Of a DNA stretch of 64,000 bases, positions 26,640 through 39,820 are shown in pieces; positions within the stretch are counted from its first letter, which is position 1, and each line of letters starts with the position of its first letter. Made by a program: the position numbers and the translations under genes. Under the pieces are notes generated by a model that was not told where the DNA came from, did not search any database, and saw nothing but the letters and a program-made list of their open reading frames with translations. The DNA is from Balanoglossus misakiensis (Eukaryota; Animalia; Hemichordata): assembly GCA_040954595.2 (NCBI GenBank), contig CM082590.2, positions 4,216,001 through 4,280,000 on the forward strand, in the 5' to 3' direction.

Positions 26640-28810
26640 TGAATTTCACATAACACAGTTTGCCAGCTCTGAAAATGAAGTTATCATGATCATTACCTAT
26701 GCTAATTAAAAGTGTATGTGGCAACTTGACCTTAGCAGGCGCTGCCTTATTAAGCTCAAAGTCAGAGTATAAATAAATGTACAGGCGTGTAAATTAGACA
26801 ACATCAATATAACGCAGATAACACATTTTGTCAACTCTGAGAATATTGTTCTCAGGACCATTTCCGATGCTTAATAAAAGTGTTGTGTATGTGGTACAGT
26901 TTGGATTCCTTGTCAGATTTCCTATAACACAGTTTGTGAGCCCCGAAAATTCCCATAACACAATTCTCATGAACATTTCCCATGATCAATTCAAGTGTTG
27001 TGTGTAGCATAATCATTTTTCCGTTTGCTGTGACATTTGTCTCCCTGTGAGAGTTTAAGTAAATGTGGAGACATGCAAATTATTTTGAAAATGAACAAAA
27101 GACTTTCCTATCATTGACAAACACTCGTATGAATACGTCCAAATTACCCAACTTTAATTTTCCTTAAAGAATTGGTCAGCTGTGCGAATATTTTTCACCT
27201 GACCACTTCCTTAGCTAAGTAAGAGTGTTGTTTATGTAATAATATTAATATAATATTTATAACTTATGTAGCACATTAAATCTCAACGTGCTTTAAAGTT
27301 GTCCCATGGTCATTTGACCTAGGTCGTTGGACCTTACTATTCCATTCAACTCCCTGGGGAGCAAACAACATCTCACCATCATTAGAAATGTCAAATTACA
27401 GTGCTTTTGGCCACATATTAACCTGGGGATTTACAGTTAACTTTAAATACATATGCATATGCATTTAATCCTCATGTGACTATGATACAGTTTGTAAATG
27501 TGAATACGTCCATATTACACAACTTGAATTTTACTTAAACAATTGGTCAGCTCTGCGGATATAGTTCACCTGACCACTTCCTTTGCTAAGTAAGAGTGTT
27601 GTTTATGTAATAATATCAATATAATATTTATTACTTATATAGCACATTACGCAATAACTCTCAATGTGCTGCTTTAAAGTGTTTCCCATGGTCATTTGAC
27701 CTAGGTCGTTGGACCTAAAATATTCCATTCCACTCCATGGGGAGCAAACAACAGCTCACATGTGCAGCTTTTATATCAGCACAGCAGACCTAAACATACA
27801 CATTACAATATCCGATCCACCAAATTACCCTTTTCTTATAGGCGGGGAGAGGCAATGAGATGTAAATTGCCTTGCCAGAGGACACAACACCACAACCATG
27901 CCAGGGATCAAACCCTTGATTCTTTGATTATGGGTCTGATGCTCTAACGACTGGACTATGACTTTATGTGGCTCAATGACCTTTCCATTTAGTGCCTTGT
28001 TCAGCTCTCAGTCAGAGTTTAAGCAAATATGGAAACATGCATATTAGGCTCTTTGAATTTCCAAAAATTCAGTGTGTCAGCTCCCATTTCCCAAGACCAG
28101 TGCCCGTGCTAAATAAAAGTGCTGTGTGTGGCATAATCATTTTTCCGTCTGCTGTGACATTTGTCTCCCTGTGAGAGTTTAAGTAAATGTGGAGACACGC
28201 AAATTAGGCAATCCCATATATCCCATACATAATTCAGTGTGTTTTGTTCACATTTTTGGTTTTTATTTTGAAAATGAACAAAGGAGTTTCCTATCATTGA
28301 GCATCTCACTTCATTAACAGTTGCTCGATATGCAGGCTAACTTGCTAGATCACTAAAGACTAAAGCATGTTGAGGTTGGTGCCCCAAACCCTCTTGAAGA
28401 CAACTGGTTGCTAACGATTGCCAATTAGGCAATTTGGATATTCTGCACATAACACAGTTTGTCAACTTTGAGAATACTGTTCACAATACTATTTCCCATG
28501 CTTAATAGAAGTGTTGAGTAACAGTATGTGGTAGAATGACATTCCTATACGTTGCCTTCTTTGGCTCATAATCACAGTTTCAGTAAATTTAGAGACACGC
28601 AAGTTTAGCAGCTTGAATTTCTCATAACACAGTTTTGAGCTCCGAGAACACAGTTCTCATGAACATTTCCCATGCTCCATAAAAGTGTTGTGTATGTCTT
28701 ACAATGATCTTTCCATACGCTGCCTTGTATAGCTGCTGTTAAGAATTCAAGTTAATGTGGAGACGTATTTGGCAACATCAACGTCCCATACATAACACAG
28801 TTTGTAGGTA
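26640..28810. repeat. Highly degenerate tandem-repeat relic plus local duplications
   Basis: Recurrent cataacacagtttg motif (~26650, 26817, 26923, 28448, 28623, 28791). Block aattggtcagc..taagagtgttgtttatgtaat at ~27170, ~27541, ~28851. Confidence 0.6.
27607..27962 (-). mobile_element. tRNA-derived SINE with CORE-like segment and AT-rich tail; 5'-truncated copies at ~27237-27376 and ~29558-29694
   Basis: Minus strand: A-box-like TAGTCCAGTCGTTAGAGC and B-box-like GGTTTGATCCC. Then tgtgtcctctggcaaggcaatttac (cf. CORE-SINE TGTGACCTTGGGCAAG) and a gtgctatataag..(tat)n tail. Confidence 0.7.
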
Positions 28811-28921
28811 TGAATACATCCAAAATACCCAACTTTAATTTTCCTTAAAGAATTGGTCAGCTCTGCAAATATATTTCACCTGACCACTTCCTTAGCTAAG
28901 TAAGAGTGTTGTTTATGTAAT

Positions 28922-29557
28922 ATTATCATACATGCAACGCCTGTATTTAACACTTTCTATTGTTCTCGCCCCGAAGATATTTTACGGTATTTCACAATGT
29001 GAAAATATCGCGTCCGCGTCTCGGCGTGACAGTTCACTGCGCGCGCGAGCGACACACGGGGCATAGTGGAGAGGGGTGTTGTAAAATTCGGTTATTAGAA
29101 GCTGTAATAAAGTTTTCAAAGCTGGCGGTTTTGTCAAGTTGAATGCATCATTTTTAGTTCTTCGAAATTCTCAATGCAAAATAATTGTTAACATGATATT
29201 TTGAAAGAGAACGTAGACAATTTTATTTAGAATGCGGATGTGCCCATCGTAATGAAAGCTGCCAACCCCCTTAAAATGATACTACGGCCCACACGTCATA
29301 CGTGACAACATGGCTACTGCCGTGATCCCAGCGCCCGGTTCAAATTTGAAATTGTTTTTCTCGGCGCATTTCTGCAAATCGTACTGTTTTATAGGTAGGC
29401 ATGTATGATGAAGAGGTTATTACACGAATTTTGGTCGATAACGCGACGCATTCTCGTGATGTCCGTATTTTGACTCGTTGCGAAGCGCAACTCATCAAAA
29501 TACGGACATCACTCGAATACGACGCGTTATCGACCAAAATTCGTGTAATAACCCCTA
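28922..29557. mobile_element. Unclassified non-autonomous element with asymmetric inverted repeats and a terminal ~145-nt foldback
   Basis: Absent from the paralogous empty site at ~27240. 11-bp IR atcatacatgc (28925-28935) / gcatgtatgat (29399-29409). Hairpin at 29412-29556. Confidence 0.75.
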
Positions 29558-29695
29558 AATATTAATATAATATTTATAACTTATGTAGCACATTAAATCT
29601 CAACATGCTTTAAAGTTGTCCCATGGTCATTTGACCTAGGTCGTTGGACCTTACTATTCCATTCAACTCCCTGGGGAGCAAACAACATCTCACCA

Positions 29696-32600
29696 TCATT
29701 AGAAATGTCAAATTACAGTGCTTTTGGCCACGTATTAACCTGGGGATTTACAATCAACTTTAAATCCCCATATGCACTATATTCCAATGTCAATGTGAAG
29801 GGCTTGAAATACCATCTACCCTGATGCATCATCAAGTTTGTTTCGACAACTTTAAATCCCCTTCAGCAAGCATTTTATACCCATGTCAAAGTGCAGAGCT
29901 TGCATCACCATCTATCCTGATGCATCATCAAGCTGCTTCGCCATTTGCCCTGATGCAAATAATCAGATATAGTGTCACCATTGCATTAGCAATGTCAAAT
30001 TACAGTGCTTTTGGCCAGGTATTAACCTGGGGATTTACAATCAACTTTAAATCCCCATATGCACTATATTCCAATGTCAATGTGAAGGGCTTGAAATACC
30101 ATCTACCCTGATGCATCATCAAGTTTGTTTCGACAACTTTAAATCCCCCTCAGCAAGCATTTTATACCCATGTCAAAGTGCAGAGCTTGCATCACCATCT
30201 ATCCTGATGCATCATCAAGCTGCTTCGCCATTTGCCCTGATGCAAATAATCAGATATAGTGTCACCATTGCATTAGCAATGTCAAATTACAGTGCTTTTG
30301 GCCAGGTATTAACCTGGGGATTTACAATCAACTTTAAATCCCCATATGCACTATATTCCAATGTCAATGTGAAGGGCTTGAAATACCATCTACCCTGATG
30401 CATCATCAAGTTTGTTTCGACAACTTTAAATCCCCCTCAGCAAGCATTTTATACCCATGTCAAAGTGCAGAGCTTGCATCACCATCTATCCTGATGCATC
30501 ATCAAGCTGCTTCGCCATTTGCCCTGATGCAAAGAATCAGGGTGACGCTTTTTTTTTATTTGTTTCTCATCTCCAGAGGAATAGTCAGGCAGGGCGGGCG
30601 GGCGAAATAAAAAAAAAACGTGTACCAAAAAAAAAACCTGTTTCAGTTCCATGTTTTATCCATTACAAACAAATGTGTAGGCCTATTTGTTTCTGTTCAA
30701 TGTTCTGGCTGTTCAGTCATTGCAATTTCTTATCTTTCAGTCCAGTGTCTTGTGCTCTCTGTCCTTTTAGTCACTATAATTTCTTGTCTTTCACTTTAAT
30801 GCTCTGTCCTTTCATTATCTACAATTTCTTCCCTTTCCTCCGGCCTCGATGGCTTCAGCCATGGTCCGACACGACCGCCATGATGAATATGACGTCATAT
30901 TTGCAAAATCTCAAAATTAGCCGTTGGGGGCGCTGTTGCTAGGATGATCGCCTCAGGCTCAGAGTCGGCGCAAATAAAACAGTTTTTTTTATTTTCATGT
31001 CGGAGCTGAAATTTACGGTCGGTCGGGAGATGAGAAACATAGAAAATAAAAACGTCACCCTCAGATATAGTGTCACCATTGCATTAGCAATGTCAAATTA
31101 CACTGCTTTTGGCCATGTATTAACATCGGGATTTATAATCAACTTGAAATCCCCATATGCTTTTTATACCCATGTCAAAGCAAAGTGTTTGCATCACTAT
31201 CTACAGTAATGCATCGTCAAGCATGCTTCGCCATTTGCCGTAATGCAAAGAATCAGATTCAATGTCACCATTGCATTCGCAATGTCAAATTACTGTGCTT
31301 TTGGCCACATATTAACCTATCAATTTACAGTCAACTTTAAACATCAGTGCATATGCATTAAATACACATGTCAAAGTGCAGTGTCTCCATCACCATTGAT
31401 CCTGATGCATCATCAAGCATGCTTCGCTATATGCCCTGATGCAAAGAATCAGATTTAGTATCACAGTAGCATTAGCCATGTCAAATTACAGTGCTTTTGG
31501 CTATGTATTAACCTAGGCGATTTACACTCAACTTTAAATCCCCATATGCATTATATGCCAATGTCAATGTGAAGGGCTTGAAATACCATCTACCCTGATG
31601 CATCATCAAGTTTGTTTCGCCATTAACCCTGATGCAAATAATCAGTGTCACCATAGCATTAGCAATGTCAATTTACTGAGCGTTTGGCCATGTATTAACT
31701 TGGGGGTTTACAATCAACTTTAAATCCCCATATGCATTATATTGCAATGTTAACTTGAACGGCTTGAAACACCATCTATACTGATGCATCATCAAGCTTT
31801 CTTCACAATTTACCCTGATGCAAAGAATCAGATTTAGTGTCGCCATAGCATTAGCAATGGCAAATAAAAGTGTTTTCGGCCACATATTAACCCAGGGATT
31901 TATAACCAACTTGAAATCCCCATATGAATTTTATACCCATGTCAAAGCGAAGTGCTTGCATCAATATCTACCGTGATGCATCATCAAGCTTGCTTCGCCA
32001 TTTGCCCTAATGAAAAGAATCAGATTCAATGTCACTGTTGCATTAGCAATGTCAAATTATAGTGCGTTTGGCCGTATACTAACCTGGGGATTTACAATCA
32101 ACTTTAAATCCCCATATGCATTATATTCTAATGTCAATGTGAAGGGCTTGAAACACCATCTATCCTGATGCATCATCAAGCTTGCTTCACCATTTTCCCT
32201 GATGCAAAGAATCAGATTTAGTGTCACGGTAGCATTAGCAAATCCCCATATGCATTTAACACCCATGTCAAAGTGAAGTGTTTGCATCCCTATTTACCGT
32301 GATGCATCATCAAGCTTGCATCGCCATTTACCCTGATGCAAAGAATCAGATTCAATATCATCGTTGCATTAGCAATGTCAAATTACAGTGCTTATGGCCA
32401 CGTATTAACCTGGGAATTTACAGACAACTTTAAATACCCATGCATATGCATTAAATACCTATGTCAAAGTGCAGAGCTTGCATCACCATCTATCCTGATG
32501 CATCATCAAGCTGCTTCGCCATTTGCCCTGATGCAAAGAATCACATTCAGCGTCACCATTTCATTAGCAATGTCAAATTACAGTGCTTATGGCCACGTAT

Positions 32601-35600
32601 TAACCTGGGGATTTACAGACAACATTAAATACCCATGCATATACATTAAATACCTATGTCAAAGTGCAGAGCTTGCATCACCATCTACTCTGATGCATCA
32701 TCAAGCTTGCATCGCCATTTCCCCTAATGCAAAGAATCAGATTCAATGTCACCCTTGCATTAGCAATTTTAAATTACAGCGCTTTTGGACATGTATTAAC
32801 CTAATTAATGATTTTCAATCAACTTTAAATCCCCATATGCGTTATATTCCATTGTCAATGTGAAGGGCTTGAAACACCATCTGTCCTGATGCATCATCAA
32901 GCTTGCTTCACAATTTACCCCGATGGAAAGAATCAGATTTAATGTCACGGTAGCATTAGCAATGTCAAACTACAGTGCTTATGGCCACGTATCAACCTGG
33001 GGATTTACAATCAACTTTAAATCCCCATATGCGTTATATTCCAATGTCAATGTGAAGGGCTTGAAATACCATCTATCATGATACATCATCAAGCTTGCTT
33101 AACAATTTACCCTGATGCAAAGAATCAGATTTAGTATCACGGTAGCATTAGCAATGTCAAATTACAGTGATTATGGCCACGTATTAACCTGGGGATTTAC
33201 AGACAACTTTAAATACCCATGCATATACATTTAATACCTATGTCAAAATGCAGAGCTTGCATCACCATATACTCCGATGCATTATTAAGCTTGCTTCACC
33301 ATTTGCCCTGATGCAAAGAATCAGATTAAATGTCACTGTTGTATTATCAATGTCAAATTACGGTGCTTTTGGACTTGTATTAACCTGGGGATTTACAGTC
33401 AACTTTTAATCCCCCTGTATACATTTTAAACCCCGGTGTCAAAGTTTAGTGATGGCATCACCATTGACCCTGGTGCATCATCAAGCATTCTTCAGAATTT
33501 GCCCTGATGCAAAGAATCAGATTCAATATCACCCTTGCATTAGCAATTTTAAATTACAGTGCTTTTGGACATGTATTAACCTGGGGATTTACAGTCAACA
33601 TTAAATACCCATGCATAGGCATTAAATACCTATGTCACAATGCATAGCTTGCATCACCATCTACTCTGATGCACCATTATGCTCGCTACGCCATTTCCCC
33701 TAATGCAAAGAATGACATTCAATGTCACCATTGCATTTGCAATTGTAAATTACAGTGCTTTTGGCCATGTATTAACCTAGGGATTTTCAATCAACTTTAA
33801 ATCCCCATATGCGTTATATTCCATTGTCAATGTGAAGGGCTTGAAACACCATCTGTCCTGATGCATCATCAAGCTTGCTTCACAATTTACCCCGATGGAA
33901 AGAATCAGATTTAATGTCACCGTTGCATTAGCAATGTCAAATTACAGTGCTTATGGCCACGTATTAACCTGAGGATTTACAGTCAACATTAAATACCCAT
34001 GCATATCCATTAAATACCTATGTCAAAGTGCAGAGCTTGCATCACCATTTACTCTGATGCACCATTAGGCTTGCTACGCCATTTCCCCTAATGCAAAGAA
34101 TCACATTCAATGTCACAAAATGCAGAGCTTGCATCACCATATACTCTAATGCATTATTAAGCTTGCTTCGCCATTTTCCCTGATGCAAAGAATCAGATTA
34201 AATGTCACCGTTGTATTAGCAATGTCAAATTAAAGTGCTTTTGGACTTGTATTAACCCAGGGATTTACAGTCAACTTTTAATCCCCCTGTCTACATTTTA
34301 AACCCTGGTGTCAAAGTTTAGTGATTGCATCACCATTGACCCTGGTGCATCATCAAGCATTCTTCAGAATTTGCCCTGATGCAAAGAATCAGATTCAATG
34401 TCACCCTTGCATTAGCAATTTTAAATTACAGTGCTTTTGGACATGTATTAACCTAGGGATTTACAGTCAACATTAAATACCCATGCACATGCATTAAATA
34501 CCTATGTCAAAATGCATAGCTTGCATCACCATCTACTCCAATGCATCATTAAACTTGCTTAGCCATGTCCCCTAATGCAAAGAATTACATTCAATATCAC
34601 CATTGCATTAGCAATGTCAAATTACAGTGCTTTTGGATGCGTATTAACCCAGGATTTGTAATCAACTTGAAATCCCCATATGCATTTAATACCCATGTCA
34701 AAGTGAACTGTTTGCATCACTATCTACCGTGATGCATCATCAAGCCTGCATCGCCATTTACCCTTATGCATAGAATCAGATTCAATGTCACCGTTGCATG
34801 AGCAATGTCAAATAAAAGTGCTTTTGGCCATTATTAACCTAGGGATTTACAATCAACTTTAAATCCCCATATGCATTATATTCAAAAGTCAATGTGAAGG
34901 GCTTGGAACACCATCTATCCTGATGCATCATCACGTTTGCTTCACCATTTATCCATATTCAATGTCACCCTTGCATTAGTAATTTTAAATTACAGTGCTT
35001 TTGGCCATGTATTAACCTCGGGATTTAGAGTCAACTTTAAATATCAATGCGCATGCATTAAATACCCATGTCAAAGTGAAGTGTTTGCATCACTATCTAC
35101 TGAGATGCATCATCAAGCTTGCATCGCCATTTACCCTGATGCAAAGAATCAGATTCAATATCATCGTTGCATTAGCAATGTCAAATTACAGTGCTTATGG
35201 TCACGTATTAACCTGAGGATTTACAGTCAACATCAAATACCCATGCATATGCATTAAATACCTATGTCAAAGTGCAGAGCTTGCATCACCATCTACTCTG
35301 ATGCACCATTAGGCTTGCTACGCCATTTCCCCTAATGCAAAGAATCACATTCAATGTCACCATTGCATTAGCAATTTTAAATTACAGTGCTTTTGGCCAT
35401 GTATTAACCTGGGGATTTACAATCAACTTTAAATCCCCATATGCGTTATATTCCAATGTCAATGTGAAGGGCTTGAAACACCATCTATCATGATACATCA
35501 TCAAGCTTGCTTCACAATTTACCCTGATGCAAAGAATCAGATTTAGTATCACGGTAGCATTAGCAATGTCAAATTACAGTGATTATGGCCACGTATTAAC

Positions 35601-38600
35601 CTGGGGATTTACAGACAACTTTAAATACCCATGCATATACATTTAATACCTATGTCAAAATGCAGAGCTTGCATCACCATATACTCCGATGCATTATTAA
35701 GCTTGCTTCACCATTTGCCCTGATGCAAAGAATCAGATTAAATGTCACCGTTGTGTTATCAATGTCAAATTACGGTGCTTTTGGACTTGTATTAACCTGG
35801 GGATTTACAGTCAACTTTTAATCCCCCTGTATACATTTTAAACCCCGTTGTCAAAGTTTAGTGATGGCATCACCATTGACCCTGGTGCATCATCAAGCAT
35901 TCTTCAGAATTTGCCCTGATGCAAAGAATCAGATTCAATATCACCCTTGCATTAGCAATTTTAAATTACAGTGCTTTTGGACATGTATTAACCTGGGGAT
36001 TTACAGTCGACATTAAATACCCATGCATATGCATTAAATATCTATGTTAAAGTGCAGAGCTTGCATCACCATCTACTCTGATGTACCATTATGCTTGCTA
36101 CGCCATTTCCCCTAATGCAAAGAATGACATTCAATGTCACCATTGCATTTGCAATTTTAAATTACAGTGCTTTTGGCCATGTATTAACCTAGGGATTTTC
36201 AATCAACTTTAAATCCCCATATGCGTTATATTCCATTGTCAATGTGAAGGGCTTGAAACACCATCTGTCCTGATGCATCATCAAGCTTGCTTCACAATTT
36301 ACCCCGATGGAAAGAATCAGATTTAATGTCACGGTAGCATTAGCAATGTCAAACTACTGTGCTTATGGCCACGTATCAACCTGGGGATTTACAATCAACT
36401 TTAAATCCCCATATGCATTATATTCCAATGTCAATGTGAAGGGCTTGAAATACCATCTACCCTGATGCATCATCAAGTTTGTTTAGACAACTTTAAATCC
36501 CCCTCAGCATGCATTTAATCCCCATGTCAAAGTGCAGAGCTTGCATCACCATCTATCCTGATGCATCATCAAGCTGCTTCGCCATTAACCCTGATGCAAA
36601 TAATCAGTGTCACCATAGCATTAGCAATGGCAAATAAAAGTGCTTTCGGCCACATATTAACCCAGGGATTTATAATCAACTTGAAATCCCCATATGAATT
36701 TTATACCTATGTCAAAGCGAAGTGCTTGCATCAATATCTACCGTGATGCATCATCAAGCTTGCTTCGCCATTTGCCCTAATGCAAAGAATCAGATTCAAT
36801 GTCACTGTAGCATTGGCAATGTCAAATTACAGTGCTTTTGGCCATACAATCAACTTAAATCCCCATATGCGTTATATTCCAATGTCAATGTGAAGGGCTT
36901 GAAACACCATCTATCATGATACATCATCAAGCTTGCTTCACAATTTACCCTGATGCAAAGAATTAGATTTAGTATCACGGTAGCATTAGCAATGTCAAAT
37001 TACAATGATTATGGCCACGTATTAACCTGGGGATTTACAGACAACTTTAAATACCCATGCATATACATTTAATACCTATGTCAAAATGCAGAGCTTGCAT
37101 CACCATATACTCCGATGCATCATTAAGCTTGCTTCACCATTTGCCCTGATGCAATGAATCAGATTAAATGTCACCGTTGTATTATCAATGTCAAATTACG
37201 GTGCTTTTGGACTTGTATTAACTCAGGGATTTACAGTAAACTTTTAATCCCCCTGTATACATTTTAAACCCTGGTGTCAAAGTTTAGTGATTGCATCACC
37301 ATTGACCCCGGTGCATCATCAAGCATTCTTCAGAATTTGCCCTGATGCAAGGAATTAGATTCAATATCACCCTTGCATTAGCAATTTTAAATTACAGTGC
37401 TTTTGGACATGTATTAACCTGGGGATTTACAGTCAACATTAAATACCCATGCACATGCATTAAATACCCATGTCACAATGCATAGCTTGCATCACCATCT
37501 ACACCAATGCATCATTAAGCTTGCTTAGCCATTTCCCCTAATGCAAAGAATTACATTCAATGTCACCATTTCATTAGCAATGTCATATTACATTGCTTTT
37601 GGACGCGTATTAACCCAGGGATTTGTAATCAACTTGAAATCCCCATATGCATTTAATACCCATGTCAAAGTGAACTGTTTGCATCACTATCTACTGTGAT
37701 GCATCATCAAGCCTGTATCGCCATTTACCCTGATGCATAGGATCACATTCAATGTCACCGTTGCATTAGCAATGTCAAATAAAATTGCTTTTGGCCACGT
37801 ATTAACCTAGGAATTTACAATCAACTTTAAATCCTCATATGCATAGTATTCCAATATCAATGTGAAGGGCTTGAAACACCATCTATCCTGATGCATCATC
37901 AAGCTTGCTTCACCATTTTCCCTGATGCAAAGAATCAGATTTAGTATCACGGTAGCATTAGCAATGTCAAATTACAGTGCCTATGGCCACGTATTAACCT
38001 CGGGATTTACGGACAACTTTAAATACCCATGCATATGCATTAAATACCTATGTCAAAGTGCAGAGCTTGCATCACCATCTATCCTGATGCATCATCAAGC
38101 TGCTTCGCCATTTGCCCTGATGCAAAGAATCACATTCAGCGTCACCATTTCATTAGCAATGTCAAATTACAGTGATTATGGCCACGTATTAACCTGGGGA
38201 TTTACAGACAACATTAAATACCCATGCATATACATTAAATACCTATGTCAAAGTGCAGAGCTTGCATCACCATCTACTCTGATGCATCATCAAGCTTGCA
38301 TCGCCATTCCCCCTAATGCAAAGAATCAGATTCAATGTCACCCTTGCATTAGCAATTTTAAATTACAGTGCTTTTGGACATGTATTAACCTAGGGATTTA
38401 CAGTCAACATTAAATACCCATGCACATGCATTAAATACCTATGTCAAAATGCATAGCTTGCATCACCATCTACTCCAATGCATCATTAAACTTTTAGCCA
38501 TTTCCCCTAATGCAAAGAATTACATTCAATGTCACCATTTCATTAGCAATGTCAAACTACAGTGCTTTTGGGTGCGTATTAACCCAGGGATTTGTAATCA

Positions 38601-39820
38601 ACTTGAAATCCCCATATGCATTTAATACCCATGTCAGAGTGAACTGTTTGCATCACTATCTACCGTGATGCATCATCAAGCCTGTATCGCCATTTACCCT
38701 GATGCATAGAATCAGATTCAATGTCACCGTTGCATTAGCAATGTCAAATAAAAGTGCTTTTGGCCATGTATTAACCTAGGGATTTACAATCAACTTTAAA
38801 TCCCCATATGCATTATATTCAAAAGTCAATGTGAAGGGCTTGAAACACCATCTATCCTGATGCATCATCACATTTGCTTCACCATTTATCCATATTCAAT
38901 GTCACGCTTGCATTAGTAATTTTAAATTACAGTGCTTTTGGCCATGTATTAACCTCGGGATTTAGAGTCAACTTTAAATATCAATGCGCATGCATTAAAT
39001 ACCCATGTCAAAGTGAAGTGTTTGCATCACTATCTACCGGGATGCATCATCAAGCTTGCATCGCCATTTACCCTGATGCAAAGAATCAGATTCAATATCA
39101 TCGTTGCATTAGCAATGTCAAATAAAAGTGCTTTTGGCCATGTATTAACCTAGGGATTTACAATCAACTTTAAATCCCCATATGCATTATATTCAAAAGT
39201 CAATGTGAAGGGCTTGAAACACCATCTATCCTGATGCATCATCACATTTGCTTCACCATTTATCCATATTCAATGTCACGCTTGCATTAGTAATTTTAAA
39301 TTACAGTGCTTTTGGCCATGTATTAACCTCGGGATTTAGAGTCAACTTTAAATATCAATGCGCATGCATTAAATACCCATGTCAAAGTGAAGTGTTTGCA
39401 TCACTATCTACCGGGATGCATCATCAAGCTTGCATCGCCATTTACCCTGATGCAAAGAATCAGATTCAATATCATCGTTGCATTAGCAATGTCAAATTAC
39501 AGTGCTTATGGCCACGTATTAACCTGAGGATTTACAATCAACTTTAAATCCCCATATGCGTTATATTCCAATGTCAATGTGAAGGGCTTGAAACACCATC
39601 TATCATGATGCATCATCAAGCTTGCTTCACAATTTACCCTGATGCAAGAATCAGATTTAGTGTCACGGTAGCATTAGCAATGTCAAATTACAGTGCTTTT
39701 GGCCACGTATTAACCTGGGGATTTACAGTCAACATTAAATACCCATGCACATGCACATTTCAGTCAACTTTTAGTATCCCTGTATGCATTTTAAACCCCG
39801 GTGTCAACGTTTAGTGATTA
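29696..39820 (+). repeat. ~192-196-bp satellite array (~50 monomers) with irregular higher-order blocks
   Basis: gcaaagaatcagatt..gcattagcaatgtcaaattacagtgc..tgatgcatcatcaagc at 192-196-bp spacing. A 287-bp composite unit is triplicated at 29824/30111/30398. Confidence 0.95.
30540..31060. mobile_element. 521-bp PIF/Harbinger-type MITE with 3-bp TCA TSD
   Basis: TIRs gggtgacgctttt..gtttctcatctcc / ggagatgagaaac..aaaacgtcaccc. TCA at 30537-30539 and 31061-31063. The empty site aatcagat is present in neighbouring monomers. Confidence 0.85.

Noticed and set aside
27880-27962. Functional tRNA gene
   Set aside because: A/B boxes are degenerate and continue into SINE body and tail; no complete cloverleaf.
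29824-39814. Repeated MHHQ.. / MQRIRF.. ORFs as a gene family
   Set aside because: They are translations of satellite monomers with inconsistent frames and frequent stops.
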